Source: an uncultured archaeon
GTDB taxonomy: Archaea > Thermoplasmatota > Poseidoniia > MGIII > CAYLMJ01
Length of the DNA stretch: 37,194 nucleotides
Assembly (NCBI GenBank): GCA_964434315.1
Contig: CAYSUX010000002.1
Span: 1-37,194 of the forward strand
Direction: 5' to 3'
Part shown: one piece after another, positions 23,490 to 32,567 of the stretch
Layout of the letters: each line of letters starts with the position of its first letter
How positions within the stretch are numbered: position 1 is the first letter of the stretch
Made by a program: the position numbers and the translations under genes
The notes under the pieces: generated by a model
The model's database searches: none
Seen by the model: the letters and a program-made list of their open reading frames with translations, nothing else
Told to the model about the DNA's origin: nothing

Positions 23490-24845
23490 CTAACCTTCTT
23501 CTTCACTGGTCCGGAGTCCCTCTTCTTTGGTCCGGTCATCGTCGCTCAGGGTCATCTCATCCCAGGCCTGGTTGATGGCCTTGAGGGCTTCTTCCAGCCG
23601 GTCGCCGTACAGGGTCAGCCGATTGGGAGTGCCGGTTCTCAGATTGAAAAGCTCCAGCAGATCCAATGATGTGGAGGTGCCCACCAGCGTGTTGTAGGCC
23701 GTGGAGGGCTTGAACTGATCCGAATGGCAGCGAGGACAATCACCGTAACCCGAGGGCTTGCGGAAGGTGGCTCCACACTCCGTGCATTCCAGCCCCGAGC
23801 CTTTCTCGGACAGGATGATGGCGTGGGGGGCCTGTTTGAAGCCCTGGGTGAATAGTTCATTGTAGTTTACCCAACGGTTGGCGGGCTTGCGCATAACGAG
23901 CACCGAGCCGATGATATCGCCTTTTTCCACCACGATCTGCTGGGTGGGTCTGAGCAGCTTGAACCGGTCGGACTTCTCCTGCAACCGGTGGTATTCCCGG
24001 GTCATCTTGGCCTCCTGCTCGCCTTTGGAGAGGTACATGAGCAGGAAATTGACTATATCGTACCTGGTGGAATGATCCGCCGGGGCGGCCTGGATGGCCT
24101 GGTTGAAGAGGGTTGCCAGCGTGTGCTCTTTCCTTTTTTCACCTTCCTCTCCATCCACTCCTTTTTCGCCCTCTCCCCCTTCCCCGACGATGGCCCGTAG
24201 CAATTCCTCGTCGCTGATAAGGGAGATGGTGCTGGGCGCCGATTCGTCACAATGGAAACCCAGGGCCTCGAAATCCTGTTGTTCGCGACCCGGGTATATC
24301 TGTTTCAGGAACATCCCCCATCCCAGATGGTTGTCGAACCAGTGGAACTCGTGGCGCTTCAGGATGTTCAGGAACTTCTGGGCCGCCTTAGGGTTCCTGG
24401 AATTGACGGGCAGGTCACACAGGTAGATCTGCTCCAGTCCCGGATGGATCTGGGCGGCAGCCTCCTGAAGTCGGGTGGGGGTCGAGAAATAGATGCGGTA
24501 ATCCTGCAGGTTGTTCTCGTAAACCACCGCGGTGGCCGCCACGACCCCGCTCAGGTTACCATAGGCCAGGATGAGATTACGATACTTGTCCTCCACCGGC
24601 AATTTGGCCTTGGCGGGAGCCCTTTCCGGTGCCTTTGATCGCGGCTCATCCCTGGTTTCCCCGGATTCATCGGGTATTGGTACGCCATCCTCCAGGTCCG
24701 TGGCAGGCTCGCCATCGGCTGAGGTTCCTTCTGCCGGGGTGAGAAAATCACATTGGGCGAGGTCAATGGAATCCAACAGCTCCTCGGCTTCAAGAAATGC
24801 GAAGAGCTTGCAAATGGTGGTCAATGAACAACCGTCGCAAAGCAT
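23490..24845 (-). CDS. hypothetical protein with a degenerate DHH-phosphoesterase-like core and a C4 zinc ribbon
   Basis: LILAYGNLSGVVAATAVV (motif-I position, lacking DxD), IYLCDLPVN (motif II-like), FHWFDNH (DHH-like), APSTISLI, and CTECG...CPRCH. Acidic disordered N-terminal segment. Confidence 0.5.
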   Translation of the reverse strand: MLCDGCSLTTICKLFAFLEAEELLDSIDLAQCDFLTPAEGTSADGEPATDLEDGVPIPDESGETRDEPRSKAPERAPAKAKLPVEDKYRNLILAYGNLSGVVAATAVVYENNLQDYRIYFSTPTRLQEAAAQIHPGLEQIYLCDLPVNSRNPKAAQKFLNILKRHEFHWFDNHLGWGMFLKQIYPGREQQDFEALGFHCDESAPSTISLISDEELLRAIVGEGGEGEKGVDGEEGEKRKEHTLATLFNQAIQAAPADHSTRYDIVNFLLMYLSKGEQEAKMTREYHRLQEKSDRFKLLRPTQQIVVEKGDIIGSVLVMRKPANRWVNYNELFTQGFKQAPHAIILSEKGSGLECTECGATFRKPSGYGDCPRCHSDQFKPSTAYNTLVGTSTSLDLLELFNLRTGTPNRLTLYGDRLEEALKAINQAWDEMTLSDDDRTKEEGLRTSEEEG

Positions 24846-25087
24846 GGACTGGCTGGACCATGGTGGCGGCTAAAAACATTGTGCCCGGCCAGCCCCCAGC
24901 TCCCAGTATCCAGCCTACCTCAGCACCCAGAAGCCAGAAATCCAGAAATCCAGGAGCCAGGACCCAGAAGCCAGGAATCGCGGTGGTGGGTGGCAGCCTG
25001 TTGCTGCTTGTTGCTGCTTGTCGCGGTACTCGCTACAACCCCGGCATGGAAGGAAGCCAGGACTCCGGAGCCGGGAATCAGGGATGG

Positions 25088-25143
25088 CCATCCATCCATC
25101 CATCCATCCATCCATCCATCCATCCATCCATCCATCCATCCAT
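25088..25143 (+). repeat. perfect tetranucleotide microsatellite (CCAT)x14
   Basis: Read directly. It is preceded by ATGG at 25084 and is in frame with the DUF89 ORF. Confidence 0.95.
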
Positions 25144-25194
25144 CTATCGTTCGCTCTGACCAAAGCTTATAGTCGCCTGTTCTCCTCCACATCC

Positions 25195-26067
25195 ATGAAG
25201 ATGACACCCCAGTGTTGTCAATGCCTGGTGGGCCGGGTGGAGTATGTGGCCGAACTTGTGGGTTCCGACAAGGGGCCCGAGGCCAGAGAGGCTGCCCGGG
25301 CCTATATCGATTCCCATTACAGACCCAACGCCACGGCCAACATCCCCACAGCCTCCCAGATACATCGTCTGACCAATTCCATCATCGGTTGCGACGACCC
25401 CTGGAAGACCCTGAAAGAGCGTTCAAATCAGGTGGCCCGGTCCCTGCTGACCAGAGCCACCGAGCTGGTCGAGTCCGACGATGACCCTTTCCGGGCGGCG
25501 GTCACGGCATCGATAGTGGGCAACTCCTTCGATTTCGGTATCAAGGGTCGGGAGACCTTCCATCCCGAGACCCTGGGAGATGAGTTCGAGCGACTCATGG
25601 GCGATGGTCTGGGAGTTGATGAGACCGCCCGTCTTCGGTCGTTGCTGGAACGAGGGGGCGAGGCGCTGTACTGCGTGGACAACTGCGGTGAGATAGTCTT
25701 CGACCGATTGCTTCTGGAGCGGTTACGCGACTACCCGGTGACGGTGGTCCTCCAGGTCAAGGGCAAGCCGGTCCTGTCGGACGCCACCAGGGCCGACGCG
25801 GTGGCCATGGGCCTCGACCGGCTGGTGGATGAGATCATCGATACCGGCACCGACCATGTGGGTTGCTGGCTTCCCGAATCGGACCCTGAGCTCACCCGCA
25901 GGGTGGAGAACGCCGTCCTGATAATCGCCAAGGGCATGGGACACTACGAAGCCTTCTCCGAATGGGATTATCGCCCCATCGCCCACCTGCTACGCACCAA
26001 ATGCCGGCCTGTGGCCAGTTCGCTGGGCGTGGGCAAGGACCTCAATGTATGCCGGGTGATGGAATAG
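25195..26067 (+). CDS. DUF89 / ARMT1-like damage-control phosphatase. The ORF is open upstream to ATG 25084 and TTG 25018 through the (CCAT)n tract.
   Basis: [19 protein letters not shown] and [11 protein letters not shown] motifs. The conserved domain starts close to [14 protein letters not shown]. Confidence 0.8.
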   Translation: MKMTPQCCQCLVGRVEYVAELVGSDKGPEAREAARAYIDSHYRPNATANIPTASQIHRLTNSIIGCDDPWKTLKERSNQVARSLLTRATELVESDDDPFRAAVTASIVGNSFDFGIKGRETFHPETLGDEFERLMGDGLGVDETARLRSLLERGGEALYCVDNCGEIVFDRLLLERLRDYPVTVVLQVKGKPVLSDATRADAVAMGLDRLVDEIIDTGTDHVGCWLPESDPELTRRVENAVLIIAKGMGHYEAFSEWDYRPIAHLLRTKCRPVASSLGVGKDLNVCRVME

Positions 26068-26174
26068 GTGTCCCGGGCAAGGACGAGCGGGAAAAGGTGA
26101 TGGATGACGAATGATATGTGATGGGCGATGGATGATGCCCCTCCCGATCTCGTGGCGATGAGCCATCAAGCAGA

Positions 26175-27380
26175 ATGGAGAATGAATGGGGAATGGGGAA
26201 AAAGTTAATATCGTTCTATCATCTTGTTCGTTCTGACGATGGAGGATTCCACATCTCCTATTTTCATCTTTCGAGATACTCTAGACCCCGGAGTCTGTTC
26301 GTAGTATCGTGTCTGCTGTTCCTGACCGGCCTGCTCTTGTTCCCTTTCGCGTCTGCTTATGAAAATAGCGGGACCCTTAGAGAGGGTCAGCTATTCAGGC
26401 GCGATGTATCGGGCGAGTCCGATAGTTCTAAATATCTTGAGATCAGGATCAACTTTACCTATGGAAAACTGGGCGATGTCTATATCCTGACCCATGACGA
26501 GTATGATAATCTATCAGCGGGTCGTGATTTCGAGGCTGCAAAAGAGTTTGAAAGACGATCCTCTTTTGGTTTTTCCTGGATGCAAAAAGATGATGATAAT
26601 TATTATCTGGTCATAGATAACGCCGACAACGCGCACCCCAATGATGCCCGGCCGAACGGTGACCTTTCATTCGAGATCGAATACCATCAAGAGGATTACA
26701 AGGACGATGAGACGATCTGGCAATTATGGGCAGTGGCAATATGTACAACGATATTCATTGTCGTCGTTGTCATTGTCATCGCCAGGGTTGTGACCCGGCT
26801 CATCAGAGGCCCTGGAGAGCAGGCGGACCGTGGTGGGATGGCTTACTCTTCCATGGATGTGGATATGAATATGTACTCGAATCCCCCTCCTCCGTCGTTC
26901 GATGGTAACGACAGATACCAGTCTCCTTCCGACCGAACTCTGACCCCGCCTGGACCACCCGGTCGTGCGATGTCTTCGAACCGGGATACGCAAAGTGATC
27001 ATCGAACTCGTCCCGGGTCTCCCATCGCTGAGGAATACAAACCGCCCAAACCACCTGACGGAACCGTTGAGCGTCCCCGGTCTGCTCCCCCTCCTTTGCC
27101 AATCCCTTCACCCATAGCGGATTTCATGGATGACCCGATTACCAAGGCTCCGCCTGCGACCAAGGAAGATGATGTGTTTCCAAAGCCACCGAGTTCCAGG
27201 AAAGAGCCGGATGTCGAGAACAAATGCCCCGAGTGCCATGAGACCATTCGATCCGACTCGAAGATATTCCCACATAGCCCCACCCCCCTGAAAAAAAGAC
27301 CCACGATCTGCCCAGACTGCGGCGCTGATGTTGAGCCCGATTGGAAGGCCTGCCCCAGATGTACGGCCGCTCTGCGATGA
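26175..27380 (+). CDS. single-pass-anchored protein: signal anchor, ectodomain, TM, Pro-rich cytoplasmic linker, C-terminal double zinc ribbon
   Basis: TM segments LFVVSCLLFLTGLLLFPF and WAVAICTTIFIVVVVIVIARVV. C-terminal CPECH...CPDCG...CPRC. The 5' half is lower in GC. Confidence 0.55.
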   Translation: MENEWGMGKKLISFYHLVRSDDGGFHISYFHLSRYSRPRSLFVVSCLLFLTGLLLFPFASAYENSGTLREGQLFRRDVSGESDSSKYLEIRINFTYGKLGDVYILTHDEYDNLSAGRDFEAAKEFERRSSFGFSWMQKDDDNYYLVIDNADNAHPNDARPNGDLSFEIEYHQEDYKDDETIWQLWAVAICTTIFIVVVVIVIARVVTRLIRGPGEQADRGGMAYSSMDVDMNMYSNPPPPSFDGNDRYQSPSDRTLTPPGPPGRAMSSNRDTQSDHRTRPGSPIAEEYKPPKPPDGTVERPRSAPPPLPIPSPIADFMDDPITKAPPATKEDDVFPKPPSSRKEPDVENKCPECHETIRSDSKIFPHSPTPLKKRPTICPDCGADVEPDWKACPRCTAALR

Positions 27381-27647
27381 CCGTTGAATCCTGGTGTGGC
27401 GCTCACTGCCCCTATCGCCAGGCCTCGGATGCCATTGCCCGCAGGCAGGTCGAAGGTCCGGGCATGGTGGACGGAACGAAGGACAGCAGCAGCCGAGGGC
27501 GGTGTCGGAACCCTGACCGTATTTCTGGCCATAGCCGCCGAGGTCTTGGGCTGGGCATAATCACAATTAGGAACTCGATAATTATCAGTGATAATCAGTG
27601 GGTTCAAAAATCTTATAAAGTAGATATCATTAACTAATTAAGAAAGG

Positions 27648-27745
27648 TGGTTCGACCAGATCAGCACCCGCACCCTTACCTCCACGTCGTGTTATCGGCT
27701 TCCGGTTCATCGAGTGCGTTTTCACGGTCCAATCTGGTCGAACCA
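27648..27745. repeat. 14-bp perfect inverted repeat (TGGTTCGACCAGAT / ATCTGGTCGAACCA) enclosing 70 nt
   Basis: Read directly. It could be a MITE-like element or the closing stem of a small RNA. Confidence 0.5.
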
Positions 27746-28142
27746 AATCAGGTATTACGGGCAGGCCTAAAAAGGCTTGCCGCGATGATTGTCATAGATG
27801 ATATTCAATCGCAGAGGATACCCTCCCGCACCGATGATATGGAAGTAATCACTAACGAGTAATTACATAAAGAAAATGGAAGATTAATGCTCTCGATTTG
27901 GTGGGTTTTATCTCGACTATATATAGGGGTATTATTCCTTCAAATGAAACACTTTAAAAACAGTACATATGTCGGTGGTACCTAAAATTGCTAATTTGCA
28001 TCCGATTTGACTCGTCCAGGCCCGAAGCGTTCGTTTCAGAATATATATTTCATATGCAAGTTCAAGACCTGAATTGAACAGTTTGGCATAGTATCCAAGT
28101 CATAACAAAAACGAACCGGGAACGCCTAGGGCTTTGTCATGG

Positions 28143-28281
28143 CCGGTAGAGTGCATTCTCACTGAACCGACACAGAAAGCTTTTCAAAGCAATAGCACTA
28201 AGGTAAAGCACCGGGGGTTCGAACCCTCGTGGCGAGACGCCGACGGGTTGAAAGCCCGGCGCATTTCCACTCTACCACGGC
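28143..28281. other. tRNA-like imperfect palindrome (possible decayed tRNA / att remnant), not a functional tRNA call
   Basis: GGTAGAGTG arms at 28146-28154 and, reverse-complemented, at 28269-28277. Central GGGGGTTCGAACCCTC T-arm-like hairpin. The minus strand has an anticodon-arm-like GGG-CTTTCAA-CCC. No 7-bp acceptor or D-arm can be drawn. Confidence 0.25.
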
Positions 28282-28523
28282 ATTTGCATTTGAAGCCCTT
28301 CAATCGATAGAGCTGTCTTCTGGACCATGCTTTGTTCTTCATATTGCGGTTCCCCCATGGGCAGGCAAATACACAAAGCGGGATAATAAAGCCCCACCGG
28401 CAGACCGCCATACCTGCTATTTTATATACCATGTCCAACACCAATACGATTTCAGTCACCAAAACCTTATTTAACTAACCGGGCTCCACCGCCTCCATTC
28501 CGTTCTTTCGGAGCTGACCCGAA

Positions 28524-29042
28524 ATGGCCAAGAAATCCCCCAGCAGCATGTTCCGCAGGACCCGCTCCCAGGCCTTTACCCGCCGCAAGTACATGGGTGG
28601 CGTACCCGCTTCCCGTATCACACAGTTCGACGTTGGCAACCTGTCGGCCGAGTTCCCACTGGCTATCGAGCTTACGGTCACCGAGGCCTGCGTTATTCGC
28701 CATGTGGCCATGGAAGCGGCCCGTGTGACTGCCAACCGGGCCATCAACAAGGAGGCCGGACGTCAGGGTTACCACCTGAAGTTCCATGTCTACCCCCACC
28801 ATGTGCTGCGTCACAACAAGCAGGCCAGCGGCGCCGGAGCCGACCGTGTCTCCCAGGGCATGCGCAAGTCCTTTGGCAAGAATGTCCATTCCGCCGCCAG
28901 GGTCAGTGCCGGACAGCGGATCATGACCCTCTTCACCTCAAAGCAGCATATGGACCAGGCCAAGGACGCCCTACGCAAGGCCGGCCACAAGCTGCCCAGT
29001 CCGATCAAGGTCCGGGTCCGGGAAATTGAGACCGGGGCATAG
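28524..29042 (+). CDS. rpl10e: 50S ribosomal protein L10e (uL16)
   Basis: [49 protein letters not shown]. Confidence 0.95.
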   Translation: MAKKSPSSMFRRTRSQAFTRRKYMGGVPASRITQFDVGNLSAEFPLAIELTVTEACVIRHVAMEAARVTANRAINKEAGRQGYHLKFHVYPHHVLRHNKQASGAGADRVSQGMRKSFGKNVHSAARVSAGQRIMTLFTSKQHMDQAKDALRKAGHKLPSPIKVRVREIETGA

Positions 29043-29119
29043 GTAGCCACCGAAAGACGACCGGGGATCTCCATCCCGGGAAGGATGTAGGACCCGCTCA
29101 GGAAGTAGAACTCGCTCAG

Positions 29120-29860
29120 CTAGTTCCGGAATTCCTTGATGAGCCGGGTCAGGCCTTCCACGACGACGGTGTTCAGTTTCTCGCCCAGCTCTAACGAGGC
29201 TGCCGAGGGATCGCCCATGACCCCCGAGGGAAACCATCTCTCGGGATCGGTGACTATCCGGTAGTTATGGTGGGGAGGGAACTCGGCTTTGGCCGTGCCT
29301 TTGAGCAGGTCGGGACGGATGACCATGATACGGGAGGTCTCCATGGCCCCTGCATGACCGTCGCCGGCAGGTATCTCCGGTAGATCCCCGTCGCCGTAGA
29401 TCAGGTCCCAGTCCGAGAGGACCATGATCCTGGGTTCCCGACCCTTGTCGGGAGCCGGATCGGCCTTCCAGTCGGTCATGACCCTCTGACCCGCCAATCT
29501 GAGCGCCATCATGTGGGCCGAACCGGCATGGCCCGATAGCACCACCACCCGGTCAAGCTCCTGTCGCAGGAACTCTCGCAGGATCTCGGTGGCCAGGGTT
29601 CGTAAGGTGTCGAAACTTATTGAGATGGTCCCCGGGAAGTTGCGGGTCGATTGGGCCAGACCGTATCGCAGGGGCGGGGCCACAAGGGCGCCCGTCGTTC
29701 TGGCGGTCTCGTTGACGGTCCACTCACCCTGTATCGAATCGGTGGCCAGCGGCAGGTGTGGTCCGTGCTCCTCGGTGATACCCACCGGCCAGATGACCAG
29801 ACCGTCGGCTTTTTGCCTGGCAGTCTTGAACTCGGTCATTGTCAGTTCGTCGAAGTACAT
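29120..29860 (-). CDS. creatininase-family amidohydrolase (possibly ArfB-type formamide hydrolase)
   Basis: WPVGITEEHGPHLPLATD and VLSGHAGSAH motifs. Confidence 0.8.
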   Translation of the reverse strand: MYFDELTMTEFKTARQKADGLVIWPVGITEEHGPHLPLATDSIQGEWTVNETARTTGALVAPPLRYGLAQSTRNFPGTISISFDTLRTLATEILREFLRQELDRVVVLSGHAGSAHMMALRLAGQRVMTDWKADPAPDKGREPRIMVLSDWDLIYGDGDLPEIPAGDGHAGAMETSRIMVIRPDLLKGTAKAEFPPHHNYRIVTDPERWFPSGVMGDPSAASLELGEKLNTVVVEGLTRLIKEFRN

Positions 29861-29911
29861 CGGTCATGGTAGGGCCGGACCCTTATTTAGGACCCCTCTC
29901 CTTGGCCTCTC

Positions 29912-30466
29912 ATGGCCCTGTACACCCGTACCGGTGACGACGGCACCACCGGCCTGTTCAGCGACCATCGCACCTCCAAGGCCGATCCCAGGCTGGCGGT
30001 CATGGGCAGTGTGGATGAGCTGAATAGCGTGCTGGGGCTGGCAATGAGCCTCTATCCGCCGGCTCCGGGTCGGGTGATACAGCGATTGAAGACCACCCAA
30101 CAGCAGTTGTTCCGTCTGGGTTGTGAGCTGGCCGATCCCCTGGGTGAGAGCGGTGTCAGGCTGGCGCCCTCCACCATCAAGACCCTGGAGCAGGCCATCG
30201 ACTCCTTTGACATGCGCTTGCCGAACCTGACCGGCTTCATCCTGCCCGGAGGCTGTGCCGCGGGATCGGCCCTGCATCAGGCCCGGGCCATCTGCCGCAG
30301 AGCCGAAAGGGAGCTGGTGGTCTTCAACGAGAGCCTACCGCCCGACCAGCAACTACGCCCGACCCTTGTTGGCTACCTCAACCGACTCTCGGACCTTCTG
30401 TTCGCCATGGCCCGCTTCACCAACATGGAGCTGGATATGCCCGAGCGCAAGATAAACCTGCGTTGA
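29912..30466 (+). CDS. ATP:cob(I)alamin adenosyltransferase, PduO type
   Basis: MALYTRTGDDGTTGLF...MGSVDELNSVLG, FILPGG...ALHQARAICRRAER. Confidence 0.9.
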   Translation: MALYTRTGDDGTTGLFSDHRTSKADPRLAVMGSVDELNSVLGLAMSLYPPAPGRVIQRLKTTQQQLFRLGCELADPLGESGVRLAPSTIKTLEQAIDSFDMRLPNLTGFILPGGCAAGSALHQARAICRRAERELVVFNESLPPDQQLRPTLVGYLNRLSDLLFAMARFTNMELDMPERKINLR

Positions 30467-30531
30467 GGATCAAACCTGCATCAGGCCCGCCTGCCGACGA
30501 TGACTATAAGAACCAAACAGGGCGAGCGCTG

Positions 30532-32448
30532 TCAGTATAGCTCCAGGTATTGCTGGCAGTTGGCGCAGTAGTAGTACCGGTACTCGGGCAGGAAGGGTGC
30601 CAGGCCCGAGCAGAAGGGGCAGGTGGCCGCGGGCGGAGCCTGGGCCACGACGGCAGGAGCATTGGTGGCTGTGGCAGGCACGGTGTTCGTGGCGGTCGCG
30701 GCGGTGCCGAAGACGCCTCCGGTCGCGTAACCCTGGCCGACATCAAAGCGCTGTTCCTGACCCTGATAGGCCACCTGACCCTGGGTCTGGTAGGCGACTT
30801 GACCGGCCTGGGTCTGGTATGCCACCTGGCCCTGCGTGTATCCTGGTTGAGCCGTCCCCGGAGTGGCGATGGTCTGCTGCTGACCGGTCACAGGGGTCTG
30901 CAAGGGCTGGTCCCAGAGCTCATCGCCGGCATCATCTCCAAGGTCGCGGCGTCGGTAGGCCACGGCCCCACCCACGATGGCCAGGATTACGACCAGGGGT
31001 ATCAACAACAAAAGGAGGTTGAGCTCATCGTCATCCTCGTTGGAAGGGTCGGCCTGGACATCCGTGATGGTGAAAGTGGCCATCAGGGTCTGTGAGCCCC
31101 ACTCCAGGTCTTGCATGAAGTACAATGTCAGACCCTCGTACTCCGGATCGAAGGATATGTAGAGCTTCGAGTTTCCACTTCCCTCGCCCTGAGCTGTACC
31201 GGTTAAAAGGAGCGCGTTGAACGAACGGCCTGCGTAGTTCTTGGTAACTGCCCGGCTTACCTCGTAGCGGATGGTAAAGTCCACATCCTCTTCCGAGGGG
31301 AAGACAAAGACATCACCCGGCACCGGCACGATGGGTGAAGCGCCGTTCAACTCGGCGATATCGGAAAGGTCCAGGTCCTCATCTTCAGGTTCCGGTGAAT
31401 TCTCGGGATACTTTGAGCCCTCCTCTGTGGTATCTCCATTCTCCTTCTCTTCATATTCGAAATAGACGGTGGTGTTGGTGTACCCATCTTCCCTGACGTT
31501 CCAGTTGGTGGTGAAGTTCTCATACTCATCCCCGGAGTCGGTCCTCAAGAAATAGGAATCCTGGACCATGCAATCAAAGCTCTCACCATTGTGATTGTCA
31601 TGGTTCTCGAAGCGCACGGTCTGCTCCTCGGAATAGATCGTCCCACCACTGGTTCCCATGCTCCAGGTCCCGTCCATGAGAAAGTACTGCTCGGTGTCCA
31701 ACTTGTTCTCCTCTGACAACCTCATCCGGGTGTCACCGCTCATGCTCATCAGGCCGTCATTGTAGTCGAAGGTGCCCTCCAGATCCATGTTCATGTAGCT
31801 GTCGATGGGGATTCCCGAGGCCTCCTTGTCCATCTGGTCGGCCGTCCCGCTCATATCGATGTTGATGCCCTCATCGTTCGAGTGCATCTCAAGGGTTCCT
31901 TCCATGGTGGTCTCCTCGTACTGTTCGGTGTTCTCGATGGTGGCCGTCATATCCATGAGCATGCTCAGGGAAAAGTCATCATCGTTCTCGGCCATCTCCA
32001 TGTGCATATCATAGGTGTAAAGACCCGCTGTCGGAACGAACTCCTCGCCACTGGTGCTAAACTCCCTATCGGCCACAGGCTCACCATTGATTCTCACGGT
32101 AATCGCGTACTCCTGGTCGTCCCGGGGTTCCAGGGATGAGTTGCCTATGATCCGGCTGCCCTCCTTGTAGAGGCTGCCGTCACCGGTCATCAGGGTCTCC
32201 CGGTAACCACTGTTCTTTTCGCGAATGTCCATGGTGACCGTGTCCGGGTCAAGGTTCCCACCTTCGGTGTAGATGTACCTGAACTCCCCTTCATAGTGAT
32301 CCCAATCCAGCAGGATATCGCTCTGTGGTACGGGTAAGTCGTTGCCGTTGCCCCCTCCTGTGACCCCCGGCGTGACAAGGAGATTCACCAAAAGGAGCGA
32401 CAGGGAGATTGTCAACGCAAATAGCCATTCTCTTGATATCGAACCCAT
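30532..32448 (-). CDS. large acidic surface protein: signal anchor, ~480-aa ectodomain, TM, Gln/Tyr-rich repeat linker, C-terminal zinc ribbon
   Basis: N-terminal WLFALTISLSLLLVNLLV, TM LLLLLIPLVVILAIVGGAVAY, (GQVAYQTQ)x3, CPFCSG...CANCQ. The start is placed at MGSISREW; the maximal ORF runs to 32517. Confidence 0.55.
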   Translation of the reverse strand: MGSISREWLFALTISLSLLLVNLLVTPGVTGGGNGNDLPVPQSDILLDWDHYEGEFRYIYTEGGNLDPDTVTMDIREKNSGYRETLMTGDGSLYKEGSRIIGNSSLEPRDDQEYAITVRINGEPVADREFSTSGEEFVPTAGLYTYDMHMEMAENDDDFSLSMLMDMTATIENTEQYEETTMEGTLEMHSNDEGINIDMSGTADQMDKEASGIPIDSYMNMDLEGTFDYNDGLMSMSGDTRMRLSEENKLDTEQYFLMDGTWSMGTSGGTIYSEEQTVRFENHDNHNGESFDCMVQDSYFLRTDSGDEYENFTTNWNVREDGYTNTTVYFEYEEKENGDTTEEGSKYPENSPEPEDEDLDLSDIAELNGASPIVPVPGDVFVFPSEEDVDFTIRYEVSRAVTKNYAGRSFNALLLTGTAQGEGSGNSKLYISFDPEYEGLTLYFMQDLEWGSQTLMATFTITDVQADPSNEDDDELNLLLLLIPLVVILAIVGGAVAYRRRDLGDDAGDELWDQPLQTPVTGQQQTIATPGTAQPGYTQGQVAYQTQAGQVAYQTQGQVAYQGQEQRFDVGQGYATGGVFGTAATATNTVPATATNAPAVVAQAPPAATCPFCSGLAPFLPEYRYYYCANCQQYLELY

Positions 32449-32567
32449 ACTACCTGGTCCAGTCTCTTGGAAGGCCCGGTACGCACATGACGACCAGGGC
32501 CAACGTATCCAATCCAAGGCCTTGCCAACCTAAAAAGCCATTGCCGAAAATAAGCTCGATGAGAAGC

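Noticed and set aside
28205-28281. Possible tRNA-Glu(UUC) on the minus strand (GGTTCGAACC T-loop-like, CTTTCAA anticodon-loop-like, 74 nt from GCCGTGG to GGTGC)
   Set aside because: The acceptor stem does not pair (GCCGTGG versus CCGGTGC). No D-stem complement exists. The T-stem has only 3-4 bp in either orientation. The locus is reported only as a tRNA-like remnant.
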